A DNA stretch of 64,000 nt, taken from NCBI GenBank assembly GCA_012295275.1, contig CM022670.1, positions 23,436,001 through 23,500,000 of the forward strand. The letters are read 5' to 3'. The position numbers were made by a program, and so were the translations under genes. Every line of letters begins with the position of its first letter. Positions within the stretch are counted from its first letter, which is position 1. The stretch comes from Chrysomallon squamiferum. Taxonomy: Eukaryota > Animalia > Mollusca. Shown here piece after piece: positions 1 to 14,200 of this stretch. The notes under the pieces are model-generated. The model saw only the letters and a program-made list of their open reading frames with translations. It was not told where the DNA came from and searched no databases.

Positions 1-3000
1 ATTTTTGAAAAACATTTTTTGAAAATTTAATGGTAATTTTCTTGGATACAAGAAAAGCATAACTGATATCAGTTTGTGTTCATGTAATTTTTAAATTTTA
101 TTATTTTGTTTCTGTTTATATTGTTTTGATTTCATCTTTATGCCTTGCCCCATTGTTTTTTGTTATTTATTTCTTTATTTTTTTTTTTTTTTTTTTTTTG
201 ATGTATTTTATTTTGGGTTGGGTTTATGTATAAAATCAGTTCATTCAGTTGAATTATTTTTAAAAATTTGTTTTTGATTTGTTTCAGCGGTTTTTGGTAA
301 TTATGCCGCAGTAATTGTGCCTACAGTTTTTAACTTCTTTCATGCATGTATATTTGTTGTTGCTTTGAAACAATGGATATATTTTTTATCTCTAGTTATC
401 TGGAAGTTGTCATCTTTTCATTTGTTTTATTTATTTATTCTTGGTTTACATTTGAAACAATTTTTCTGCCAGAATGAACTGATTTATTTATTTATTGTTG
501 TTTACTATAGTTATTTATATATGAAAAATATATTTGTGTATTTCTGATTTCACAGATGAAAATATCACTAACTATTATTATTATTATTATTATTATTATC
601 TTAAATGTTACGGGTTTGGAAAAGATACTGGATTTTATGCATTTCATTATTACATTGCAAACTTAACCATTGTTTAATTAAGTGGCTTTCAGAAACTTGA
701 CTGTATTTGAAAATTTTATATAGGATGCAAGAGTCCAGTTTTGTTAGAAAGCAAATCAACACTCTTCGATCTGTCAATCACAAATTACACTTTTTGTAAG
801 ATTTCTTCTATCATAAAACAAAACAGAACAAAACCTTTTTCTCATATTACAGAAGTTTTTGTTTGAAAACAAGGAAGACGTTAAAAATAAACTTACTTCC
901 TGGTTATCTAATGCCAGGTACCTCATTTGAAAGGAATACTTTTTTATCAGTTGAATCTTTTGATACTTTTATCATTGTCTAGTTATTTATCTGTCAGTGT
1001 GCCAAGTAACTATTTAATATCTCTTCTTTTACTTCATTTTATTGTCAAACTTTATGATTAGCAAAAATTTATATCTTCAAAACCCTGTCTTGGAAGTACA
1101 TGGAATGTATACAGGTTCTGTTTATTCAGAAAGGCTCTTAACTGATCAAATTCTAAAAGATGTTTTGACATCCACAAATTATCTTATTTTATATTTTCAG
1201 TTAATTATGTAACAGAAATGTATTTTTATAAAAACAAATAAAATAATTTCTGGTGAATGCTAATGACTGGTTTGCCACTAAAATATTAATTAAAAAATAT
1301 TGGGTTTGTAGCTTGCATAGTGTTTTAGTTGTAGGAGAAAAAAAATGCTTGACTGATGTAAGTGTACAGTTCATTTGTTTCAATTTGTACTTAGTATTCT
1401 TTGTTCTTTACATTTCATTTTAGTTAATATTGCATGACATGGAAGAAACAAAACAAAAACAAAAAGAAAACAGTTCTAATCATTTTGCATATATGTAAAA
1501 AAAGGCTTATGAAAATGAAACTTAAACAATAAGATTGATTTTTGTTACAAGTACAAAGGACTCTCTCTTAAACATACTACTTGAAACCAGTTAGCCAGAA
1601 TGCAGGTGAAAATTAAATGTCTTCAAAATTGAAGATTTTTTTCTTAATAATACATCCAGTTTTGTTGGAATTTCAATTGGATTCAGAACTTAGAAATCAT
1701 TACAGTTTATTCTAAAATATTCTAGTAGAAAAATAGATATCAATTTACATTTAGAAACATCATAAAGTAAATGTTAATAACTTGAATACACGGATATTCA
1801 GCTTTTGTTTAAATTTGTGCTGTCATGCATAGCCAATAACACGAAGACATCTAATTATAGTTTCAAAATGAAACATTCAGGTATGTTGTGTTCAGAGTAA
1901 TTTTACTTTAAAATATACTGAGGTTTACTGCACGTAGTAATTCATAATCAAAAAAAATATTTTCTTTAAAATATGTGTGTATATATGTTCACACACATGC
2001 AAGCCTTTTTTTTTTCTTCTCATAGTAGTAAAGATGTTCACAGACAATGGTGCCAGTATTGATTATACTTACAAGAATAAAGCTTTTAACAAAGAAAAGA
2101 TTCATTAACCACTGATGGGAAGAATACTCGTGTTACAAGATTATCATCTATCAGAAGAGGCTTAATGATTTTTACTATTATCATTTTTTGTAACAGTAAT
2201 TGTTTACTGTCAAGCTCAGAATTATATTCAAAATATAATGCTAATACAAACTACAGCATTGATGAAGGACGAATCTTTTATAGATTTTTTTATATATATA
2301 AACAATCTTGTATTGTAATAAGATGATCGTAAGAATATTATTTTGGATAATTGGAATTGTTACTTAAAATATTGATAGTCTTTTTGTAATAAAGTTTCTG
2401 TTCTGTATTGGACAAAAATACACTTTATTAGATTTCAATCTAAAATTATGGATTATTTTTTGTTTTTTTACATTTCCACCCTCCCAGTCTTTGAGTTGTT
2501 ATAGCATAAACTGAAAAAAAATGACCACATTCATGATGCACACATGTGTGTGTGTGTGTGCACAGATATTAACAAAAACAGGTATATGCAAAACCTATGT
2601 AATAACATGCATATATATGCACAAATACACACACACATACACATACACAGACTAAATTATTTTTTTACATTATTGCAACCCAAGGAATATTATTGTCTAT
2701 TGCTCAGTATTTGGGGTCTTGTGTAGAAGTGATAACAACAGGATGTTAAGTTGGTTATCTGAATCCAGTCATTGCATGCGTGTGACATACATGTGACTTG
2801 ATAATAAATGTTTTATTGTCTACTATATTAAAGAACTTTCAGACTAGTAATACTTTTTATGAAGAAATGTTCAGAATATTTCCTAATATGTTTATATATC
2901 AGCGGGGAAGATTAGTTTTCTTATATTTATTAGACTTTTAAAATCAAGTACCCGAATTTAATAGCTATCTGTAGAAATAAAGTATCTGTTAATATCTGTG

Positions 3001-6000
3001 GTATCAGTAAATAGCCAATTATCTTTCTGTCCTAGTTTTAAGCAAAGCTATATCTGTACTATATTTCATTTTAAAAACTGAAGTTAACAATAACTACAGT
3101 TATTGATAAACTACATCCCAGTGTCTTTTTATAAAGTTTCAGCTAAATTGGTTGTTACATTAATATTTTCAATTATTTATATTATTGTATTTTTTGTTAT
3201 GCCAATCAGCCAATTTAAAATATACAGCATCAAAGTGTAAACATACTAGTTTGTTTTGTATTGTTATTTCCTAATAAAATTATTCAGTACTAATTTTCAA
3301 TTTACAAAGACAGGATAAACTAAAACTTGCAGTATCTATCTATCTCTCTATCTATCTATCTATCTATCTGTCTATATATTTTTTACGGGGTAAAGCTGAT
3401 ATCTTAAAACAGAAACCAGTTATTTCTTTTATCATGCAATCCTAAACGATATAAAAACAAACTGAAATTAACAATTCTGTTCTCCACTCACCATACTCAA
3501 GAATAGTAGATTCATATGTGTTGACGTCAAAATTTTTCAAAACAAAATAGTTCTGAAAATAACAACAATTTATTTGTAATTTTTTAAAAGTATATATATA
3601 AGTAATGTGTCCAATTAAATATAGTTAAATCCAAAAGTTGTATTTTTTGTCAGTGACTAGATGTAAAGAAATTTATATGTAAAATAAAGGAGGATTCTTC
3701 TGAAGTCTACAGTGTTGATATAAATGTATCAGATTATTTTCTCTTTTAAACACTTGTAATCATAGTAGCTGATTCTGATTCTGATTTCAGCTAAATCTTG
3801 TAATATATCTACCTCTTCCATATTTGTCATAATCATGAAGAAACTGTTAATGAATAAACAGCAACAAAACGCTGGTGTGCTTAATGTATTGTTTCCTGTA
3901 ATAGATTTTTGTTCACTACAATGTGTGAACACAGTAAACACTCATTAGCAAACATGGCAGTGATGTGTCCTCTACAGGTCATCCTTGTACTTCACCTGTA
4001 CACCACAGACACACGCAGCCTTGTTGCCATAGTATTGTGTTGCATGCATGTTTCATTAGCATATTCTAAATCAACGGGTGCAGTCGTATTTCTGTGATGA
4101 AGTGAAAATGTAGCCTGTGCTGGTTGAAACTGTGCCATTGTTTTTTTGATTGTTTTCATGTACATGCATTCATCTGCAGTAAATCATTTTGTGTATCAAT
4201 TTATTTGTGCACTAAACAACATGTCGCTTTTCACAGTATGACTAATGTGCAAACTGTTTTTGTTTATAAGCTGTGATAACTTTCAAAATAATGATGAGTC
4301 TTTTTTTGTATATGCTGGAAAAGACATTTTATTTATTTTTATTTTTATTTTAAATTTTGTTTTATATTTTATTTTATTTGCTGTTTTGTTTTCTTTTTCT
4401 TTTGTTTTTTGTTGGGTTTTTTTTTTGTTTTTTAAAAAATCTCGTTTAAAAACATTATTTTCTCTTTGTTTTTGTTTTGGTGCCATAATTATTTTCTGTA
4501 TGCATGTATGTATTTTTTTAAGAATTTTACAAAATTGTTTGCATTATATTCTGTTCATTTATTTATTTTGTGTTTGTTTATTTATTTATGTTAACTCGTA
4601 CAGAATGTTTTAACCTGTATTTGACTAAATTTGTTAAAATTGAGTGTCTGTAAAAACATTGCATAGTTCTGTGTTTTCTAAAACATACATCATCATAATG
4701 TATAAAGTACTTTGCTGGTAATATTGATCTTGTTTTAAATGGAGTTTTTATTTTAAACATTTTCTGCCATAGACATTTTTTTATATATATTGTTATATAT
4801 ATCAGTTATTAAGTTGTTGTTTTTTTGGAGGATTTTACAAAATGTTTCAAAATATAATTTATAAATAAAGAATTTTTCATTTCTGTAAATAGTAAAATTT
4901 TTGGGGTCTTTATATAAATTTTATATAAATTTAACCCAGTATTTTAAAGCCATTATATCTATACATATACTACACAATCTATTTTACATGGATTTTTAAA
5001 CACAGATTTTAAGAATTTCTTTCCATGTTTTGTGAAATACACATAAGAACTGTGTTACCTGGTATAAGTACGTGAGGAGTTTTTACGTGACAAAGTGAGA
5101 GGTGTGTGTGTTTGTAAATGCAGTCTTCTACATGCGCCTGTACATTCCTATACAATTGGTCATACACCACCCACTTTACCTAACTGTCCTTCTTGTGAGC
5201 TAATGATTTTCTATGTTGCAGTAACAGCGTAATGGATGAGTAATTTAGTAAATATTTACTCTGAATAAACTTTGTATGAAAATATAGGTGGTGCTTTTTA
5301 AAACAAAAAAATTAAAATAATTTTTTTTTTTTTTTTTTTTTTTTTAATGTTGGGTATTTTACATCACATTTTTTTTTTTTTTTTTTTATATATCTTTCTC
5401 TTGTATTTTGTTTTTGTTGTATTTTTGCTTGAAAAACATGTTTATAAAAAGTGTTTGATCTAGTTATATGTGTACACTTGAAAAGCCTTAGTCATCAGTG
5501 GCCTGATTTCATCTCAGATGATCCTTTTTGTTCGGTTTGGTTTTATACACTGACATTGTTGATGTCGTGTCAGCCAGCTTCTATATTTAACAGCTGGACA
5601 TGGATTTCTCAATAGAATAAAGAAGATATGTTACAATGGATATATATAAAAATGGGTTAATTTCATTCACGCCATTGTACAGAACTACCAGGTTTTCATT
5701 CTGCAGTTGGAACAATTTTTCAGTAGTATGAATGAATTGAATTCCTGTCAGTTTTATCTATTTAACAATATATTAATAATAATAATATATTAATATATCT
5801 GTAGCATATATTATTTCAGTCTTCAGTGTTGTGATATTTTTTTTTCATTTTTTTTTTCCATATATATTATTGATTTCACAGGCAAAAGGTTAAAAATTTA
5901 ATATTTATATTTGTCTTTAAGTTTCATAATCTGTAAATAATAAACTTTTCATAAAAATCATTCCATCCAGGGTAACATTATAATTTTTGTTTCAATTTGT

Positions 6001-6948
6001 TTCATATTAATAATTTAAATTTAAATATTTAAAAAAACAAAACAATTCTTTTTTGTATATTAACAAAAGTAAGATAGCCATACTTCTATGCTGTATTTTA
6101 TTTTTGTATCAAATATCCTTTATAATGCATCACATCCCTGTGAGACATAGTTAAATTTCATCACATGTGTAAGAAAGGAAAACAGTATTAATCTTAGTTG
6201 GATTACTTGTCTTCACACAAGACTGTTCCACTCCAGTAAATATTCTCAAACGTGATGTCAGGCAACTCGAATCAAATTTCAGTTGCACTATTACAAAGAA
6301 ATAACAATGAACTGTTCAAGATAAAATACATTCTTGCTTGCCAAAGTTAGCCAATTTTTTAAAAATTTCCCCCCCCCTGAACACATTGATGACTACAATA
6401 CTCACACAATGGCTGTGGTGTTTTGTTTGCTAAACAAAAATGTTTGACTTCCTGTTAACTTTCTTTAAACCAATTACTTCCTGAATGCAGACTGTCATTT
6501 CAGTTGTGTATTTAAAATACAAGTGGAACCTTCAGTCAGCAACTGAATTAATGAATGTCTCACATTATCTTAGTATTTTTCTTTGTGAATTGTTATTGTT
6601 ATGGTTGTTTTTTTTTTTTTTTTGGTATAATTATGTTACCAAATACAAAAACATCTGCAACACCTCTAAATGTTTTTCCATTGATTATCCAGAAGAAGAT
6701 ACCATAATTTAATCTGTGCTTGAATCATTGGCTTTCCTGTTTGCTTATAGTTTATTTTTTCTTCTTCTTGTTACTATAATTATTATTATTTGTTTAATGT
6801 TGTGATTTGTATCTTTTACACTTCTGTATTTTCTGTTGACAGTAAATAGATTATAGGTCTTTGTAAAATACTTGCATGTAATCAAGCCTAATACATTTTT
6901 CAAATCAAACATCATATATTCTCTTACTACTTGTTTTATTTATTTATT

Positions 6949-7009
<61 letters not shown>

Positions 7010-7225
7010 TTCAGCTAAACTTTCATCATATTTATTTCTTTGTCACTTTTGTGATTTGCATTTTTTTAATATAATAATCATTTTTAAAAAGCTGAAGATC
7101 TATAGAAAGACCAATTAACATTTTAAAATGGCAGAACATTTGTTGAGTGTCATTTGAATTCAGTTTCTTTATATTTGCAAGCTAGTACTCAGTTTCACAG
7201 AAATGTGTGAATTTGTTATTTTCAG

Positions 7226-8256
7226 CTAACATTGGTGCACCAGGAGGAAAGAAAGGTGGTGGAAGCCTGGGTTCAGGAAAGCAGACTTTAAGACTGAGGT
7301 CCAAGGGTCCAGCAACTGTTGAGATAGTATGTTTTATTTATTTATCTCTTGTTAATGTTTACTTTTTATTTTTGTTATGGTATTTATATCGGATAGTTTA
7401 TAATTTATTTTATTCGGAAAGGTTTTTGTGTTGCACAAAACATTAGCTTCTAACATTGACATTTGTTCCTAATTAAGCAATTACAGTGTTTGAAACCTTT
7501 ATTCTTTGACATATACCCTACTGGATACTAGTTTTTCAAAATCTGATAAGACAACAGAAAATTTAATATCATACTTTCAGATATCTCTGAGATGTCTAGT
7601 TTTTTTGTATCCAGCATGAAAATCCCTTTATGGTCATTTATATGAGTAGCACATCAAATGGCAAAAGCAGAAGAATCAAACTTGTATTATTAGTTTTACA
7701 GAATCTGTTTTTCTGATGTGTGATATAATAACAGTTATTAATATTAAAGTGTGTTTAAAGATTTATAACATTAAATTCATTTTCTGAATGAACTAAATGA
7801 TGTTATGTTATCATTTCAGCCTGATGATGTTGTAAATGTAGCAACAGACAAGATAAACGGACTTCTCGAGTCATTCATGGGAATCAATGACACAGAATTA
7901 GGTATTCTGCCTTCTTCATAAAAAATTTTTTTAATATTTTGATTCAGTAAAAAGCTACGTCTGACTTTAACAGTTTTGTATCTAAAAGAAATCTGTGTAT
8001 TTAGATTTTTTTTTTTTTTTTTTTTTTGTCACAAGATATATTACATTTTTTTATTTGGAATTTCTTTTCAGCACAAAGTATATGGGAGACTGGATCCAAC
8101 AAAGATAATCCACATGATTTTGCTGTTGCCATTGATGAGTCTGACTTATCAGACTTTGGGTTCACTGATGATTTCGTGTTTGATTTGTGGGGTGCTATTT
8201 CCGATGCTAAGCAAGGCAGACTTAAGAAAACGCAGGAGTTTAACGAGCAGTTTTGA
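7226..8256 (+). CDS. GIPC1: GIPC PDZ-domain adaptor protein, 3' part (last 3 coding exons, GH2 domain); upstream exons lie outside the window
   Basis: Exons 7226-7326, 7820-7901, 8072-8256 with AG/GT boundaries splice in frame to ANIGAPGGKKGGGSLGSGKQTLRLRSKGPATVEI-PDDVVNVATDKINGLLESFMGINDTEL-AQSIWETGSNKDNPHDFAVAIDESDLSDFGFTDDFVFDLWGAISDAKQGRL...*. This matches the GIPC C-terminus motifs TLRLRSxGPATVE, LLESxMGIxDTELA and FxFxDxFVFDxWGAIxDAK. Confidence 0.95.
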
Positions 8257-10584
8257 TTCCAAAGGAAAACAAACCATAAGTTATTATCTGTTTATCTGTG
8301 ACAGTGGAGAAGAACACAGCTGTCTGTAAGGAAAAAGAAATTAAAAATGAAGAATTAGAGAAAATAGTTAAATACTAAACAATATTAATTAATATGAAAT
8401 GAAAACCATGCAGTTTATTTTATTTTCATTTTTATTTGTCATTAGTGTCCAAGCATTTGATGAATACGTGCATATAACATTTTATGTAATTATCACATTT
8501 TGTTTATTTTTACTTTTTTCATTGTTTATTCAAATCCAGTTTTTTATTTATTGTTAATTCCCAGTTCAGATATGGTAAATTTAAACTGACCATTCCATGA
8601 AGGATAAAAAAAATTATATATATATATATATATATGTTATTAAAATAAATGATTTAAATTTTTTTTTTTTAAATAAAATCCCTAGAAATAATTAGATTTC
8701 ATTTCTTTAACCATCGATTTATAGTTCAATGACATTTCTTTCTTCAGATGTATAAATATTTAAAACTTTTGATATCTGATGAAATGTCTTACTTTTTTAT
8801 ATATAAACATGCTTTATCCCAACGTATAGTATCTGTATGTTTTTATATTATAAGTAAGTTAAACCAAGGTCTAGCTTAGTTTAGATACAAAGTTTTGAAA
8901 AAATGTTTTATTATTATTATTATGCAATTTGGTGGAGGCAATGAAAATCTGATCAATTAATTTTAGAAATAAATTAATACATTTAATATATTTTATATAA
9001 TTAGATGATGGTGATTATTTATTTATTTATTTATTTATTTTTTTAAAGACTGAGATTTATTTGAACAAGTAGACCATGACGACTGTTGTTACAATTATTC
9101 TTTTAGATTTTTAATTCACAACAGTTAACCAGCTTTTTACTCCTTTTTGCAGGTAATTAATACAGTTTGGTTAAAGTTTTGTACTGATGTCAGTATATTG
9201 ATTTTTTCTTGGCTTTAATAAAATGCTTGTTGTTAGGTGAGGTGTTTTAACTGAAATTTCCATTTCAAAGGCAGATAACTCTGTATACTAAGATTTAATT
9301 CATTTTGATTACGTGCTTCTCAAGTTGTTGTTTTTTTCTCTCTCTCTCTGGGCTCTAACAGTGTATTTAATTGTATACTGAAAACCAGGTTTTTGTTTTC
9401 TTTTATGATTATGTGTTCATTTTATTTTTCTTGTATGGCTTTATTTTTATATTACTGTCAGTGAAATTCACAAAAATCGAATTATAAATTACATGTTACA
9501 CACATATATTCATTACTTTGTTTGTAGTTCATTCCACTGGCACAAAGCAGCAAACAATTGTTAAATACAAAAAATACTAAAAAAAAAAAATAAATAAATA
9601 AATAAATAAATAAATAACGTGGCCTTATAAAACAGAAGGTAATATATGCTTGTATTTTGAAGACGTTCAGTGAAGTGCCTTTCACAGGTTTCAAGAATCT
9701 GTTAATAATAAACTGTTAACAGACACAAAATTTGTATCAGTGTGTGTAGCAGTCTTTGGCACTCATTTGTGCTCATTGCAAAATGAATTTCACATGGGTG
9801 AAAAACAACAATGTTTTCTCTAAATTACACTGATTTTTGTACCATTCCAAAACAGCTTTTATTACTTGTAATTCTATATACCATCTTGTATATTACCATT
9901 ATTTATAAATTTAGGTGCTGTGTTCAGCATCTGTTAGTAAATTCTAATACTAGAAATGCTACAGCTCTTTATTTATAGAAATTATGTTGATCATGTTTCA
10001 CAGAATATACCTCAAGACTAATGTACTGAAATGTCCATTAATTTTGCTCTTTATGCAAAGAAGCACCAAACCCTATAAGATTGAGTCTCTTGAATATGTC
10101 TCTGTTTTCAATTTGTTTGCATTTATTTTGTCTCAAGTGTTTTTATTTTCAGATATTTGACACTGAAATAACTGTTTTATACTGAAGATAAATCAGATTT
10201 ATTTAACGTTCATATTAGCCGTTTTTAAAAGCAAATATTTTGTTAGATATTTGTTTATAATAATCAGTTTAATTAAAAACTTATTTAATTTGAATTATTT
10301 TATTGTTGAAATTATAAATATTCATTCTACACAACTGGCTAATGAACATAATGTACTGTAAAAGTATTTGTTAAAAACATTTAAAGGGTAAATCTAGTTT
10401 AAATTCCAGCAAGAAAGACAAATGATGTAGCTAGTGTAAACACATCTTTGTGTTTTAGTTTACTTCTCTCTCATTTTTGTTTATTGTTTAATCTTGAGAT
10501 ACAATTAGAAATGTAGTGCCAAATGTTTACCACCAGAATTAGTCTTATAAATTGAGAAACTTTTTGTGTATATTTATTTATTGT

Positions 10585-10619
10585 AACTATTGTTGTTGTT
10601 TTTATTATTGTTATTGTTA

Positions 10620-10686
<67 letters not shown>

Positions 10687-10695
10687 CATTATTAT
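10585..10695. repeat. (TTA)n/(TTG)n microsatellite
   Basis: Directly visible; source of the poly-I, poly-Y and poly-L ORFs. Confidence 0.95.
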
Positions 10696-11024
10696 TCAGT
10701 TTTGGAAGGAAAGGTCATACCTTCATACATATATATATATATGTATATAGATGTATGTATATACAGCTATATGTATGTGTATATAGGTATATATATATGA
10801 ATGAATGTTGGACATTCTAACAAGAGTTGTCTATCCCAACAAGAAGTATGTGATATATTTCTACATAAACAATGTTAGTTACTGAAAATTACTGAATCAG
10901 TGAAACATTCCATTAACAGTTGTACATAGTCAGTAGTTTATTTTCTGAAATAAGTTTTTAAAAAGTTGAGATTTAACATGACTTGTATTGGCTGTTAATA
11001 ATGATTTTGTGTCTGATGTTCTTA

Positions 11025-11248
11025 AAAAGCTTCAGGTGGTTGTTGTTGGGTTTTTGAGTATAATATGTTCTAAATTATTTAATTTCTTTCTTTATAGTTA
11101 ATTGTCTCCAAAGAATATCATCAATTTTTAAAACTTCAAGTGGTTTTTATTTTTTTTAATTTTTTTTAGTATAATATATTCTAAATTATTCGATTTGTTT
11201 CTTTATAGTTGCTTGTCTCAAAGAATATCATTAATTTCTAAAACTTCC
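11025..11248. repeat. Tandem duplication of about 110 bp (2 diverged copies)
   Basis: AGTATAATAT(G/A)TTCTAAATTATT...TTCTTTATAGTT...AAAGAATATCA..AATTT.TAAAACTTC occurs twice. Confidence 0.8.
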
Positions 11249-14200
11249 GAATTATTTTGTCTCAGAATTATATATTATTCCAAAATGTTTCTTTCTATCT
11301 TGTTAAATTACTGGTTTCAAAAGTAATATCTCATTTTCATTATGAAAGATACACTACATATTCTATTTCAACTTATTATTTTTACAAAACCATATCTGAT
11401 AAATTTGCAATAAAGCTAATTACAATAAAACCAGATGTTAACTATTTGTAAAAATTGTTGTATATTGATACGTTTATATGAATTTTAACTTCTTAACTTT
11501 TTTTATATACAGAATGTTGGATATTTAACTAATGATTGCTTGGAAATAAAAAATATATTCAGACTATAAAATATATCATTATTATTCACAAAACAGACAA
11601 TCTAACATCATTATAGGTCATGGAAACATCGGAATACATTCCCAGTGAATTATAAAACAAAATCCCTCCGTCACTATGTATGTTTGTTAACACTTTTATG
11701 ACATCAGTTTTGTTGTTCTTAATCTTACTTATAAAAAATGTTCTGCAGTTGTAATAATCTGTTGAGATAATTTTAAAGGAAGCTTACAAATTTTACATCT
11801 TCAGACAGCCATTTTTCTCACTTCATCAGTATTTGTCCAACACAATTGGGTCATATCACAGTCCCGGAATGAGTATGTCCAAACATTACTTTGATACAAA
11901 CGTCTTCGCAGATTGACATTTGCTGTTTAAGTCTTGATTTACGATTATAACAGAATTTGATCTTTTTGGGAGCAATCCATCACTAGAAAGACAAGATTTC
12001 AGATGGCTTTTTTTTTTCCTTGGTTTTTTTTTCCAGAGACACCATTACAATTTAATTATGTGTGGATAAAAGCACAATTTTCAATTCATATTAAGTTACA
12101 AGCTGCACCTTGTTCATGGCTTCGACTTGACGTGACTGTGATTTACAGTGATTTATCATTCAGTTGTGTGTATTTATTAAATTAACCTTTGTTGCTGCTT
12201 GTTGTAGAGTTACTAAACATTATGGATGATGAAACCAGGAACAAAGGCATAATAAAACCAGAATATTTTACATCTTTGTTCTTTTCTTTTTTTTTCCATT
12301 TTTTAAGCTTGTTGTTTGAATTTGTTGTGGCTTTTTAGTACTTGCTAACTTTTACTTGTTAGAGTTGTTTTGAAGACAGAATATAATTTTTACAGTGAAT
12401 GTGTATACACTGTGATTGTGTGTATGATACATGCATGTGTGACAAATGTATGTGTATTGATTGAATTAGTACACACTGGAAACACTGAACTCAGTAAACA
12501 CAGCAAGAAAACATCTCGTTTCCTTTCTGTATTTATATTTCTGGTGTGTATTTTAATTGTAAATAACTCTTAACGTATGAAGATTTGAGTATAAGCAGAT
12601 GTCATATAATTGAGATGATTATCATTGTTATTAAGCGTTTATCTTGTTGAAGGGATGGGAATTTTATCTGATTGATTACTTTATGAATAACAAACAATTC
12701 ATACTACTTCTCTTGAACAAAGATTTTTTTTTAATATATGTAGTCTAATTATTAACTGTTATTTTTTCAAGATTAATAATTAAAATATATATATATATAT
12801 AGCCTAATTGTAATTTTTACTGTAAATATTTTACTTTTAAAAACTATTAACAAAACTTATTAGTCAGTGTTCTGAAACAGAACAGTCTGCTGTTTGAAAA
12901 ATATTTCAAAAGATGAGATTAATCATTTAAAATTAAATAACAAATAGTAGCATTGTGGTTTTTTTTTCTTTTTTTTTTAAATATTTCTTTTTTAATCATT
13001 TTATGTTTTAGTTAAAATGCATTACATGTTTGTTAATGTTAAATGTGAGTACACTGGTCAAGGTTTAGTGTAGTGGTTTAAACACTTTTCATTGTTATGT
13101 CATCATTAATCATTTTCTTGCATTTGTCATTTGTTATTTGTTTGTCCGTTTTGTGAGGGGGGTAGCTGTTTTCTTTCTTTTCTTTTTTTCGTGGGGTTTT
13201 GCAGGAAATTTTAATTTTTTTTATAAAATTTTATTGTTATTTTCCCTCCTCTTTTTATTAATATATATTTAAAGCATCATCACTTGTTATCTCATTTAAG
13301 TGCAAATATCTTACATTTGAATTTTCACCTATTTTAAAATGAATTAAATATATAACGGTGTTTTAATAAAATAAAATATACTACATTTAAAATTATGCTT
13401 TAGTTTTACAATTAATTAGATACCAAAAACCTTTAAAATTTAATCTAGAGTACAGCTATTCCAGATAGGTCAAATTTCCATTAATCATTTACATTTTATT
13501 TGTAAAGCAGTTTTGAAAAATACTTCTGTGCTATAAATTAGTAAATAGTCCAGTACAGTTGTTTGCTTATAGACATTTCAAGTCTGTTACAGATAATAAA
13601 TAATATACTGTTTCTGAACTGATAAAAGATTGTAAATGACAAAGGTCTTTTTGTTTCAACAGTCTTTATAACAGCATTGTCTGCTTAACTGTATCCCCAC
13701 TAGTGATAAATACTTCATCTTTGTTTAGTCTTATAACCAGAAGTCTGAAATACACATAATTGCTAGGGGTTTTTGTTGTTTTGTTTTTTTTTGCTGTAAT
13801 TGCCTGAAATTTTACTAAGTTAATGGTTATAATAGTTATGTCAGTTAAATTTGAATCCAAGAACATCTTCTGGTTGTATTGTTTGAAACAATATTGTTAT
13901 TAATATTATAGTGCAGTTTCTGAGTTATGTTTGGTAACATATATAGATATATATATAGGGCAGCAGATTTCCACACTTTATTATTAAATTAAAATACTTA
14001 TATAATGTTAATATTTTATGTTCTTAAAAAAAAAAAACATAAAATTATTTTATAAACAAGTTTTACCATTTACAGAGTTTATCCAAGTTTCACTGGAATA
14101 TTATTCAGCATTTCCATACAATTGTCCTAATTTTTTTTTTTTTTTTTTTGTGTTTTTATTATTTAATTTTTATTACTATTTAATTTTATGTTATTTATTT

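Noticed and set aside
4093-4160. C/D snoRNA candidate (GTGATGA C-box)
   Set aside because: No suitably placed CTGA D-box or terminal stem.
10471-10820. Poly-Ile, poly-Tyr and poly-Leu ORFs
   Set aside because: Translations of a (TTA)n microsatellite; no coding evidence.
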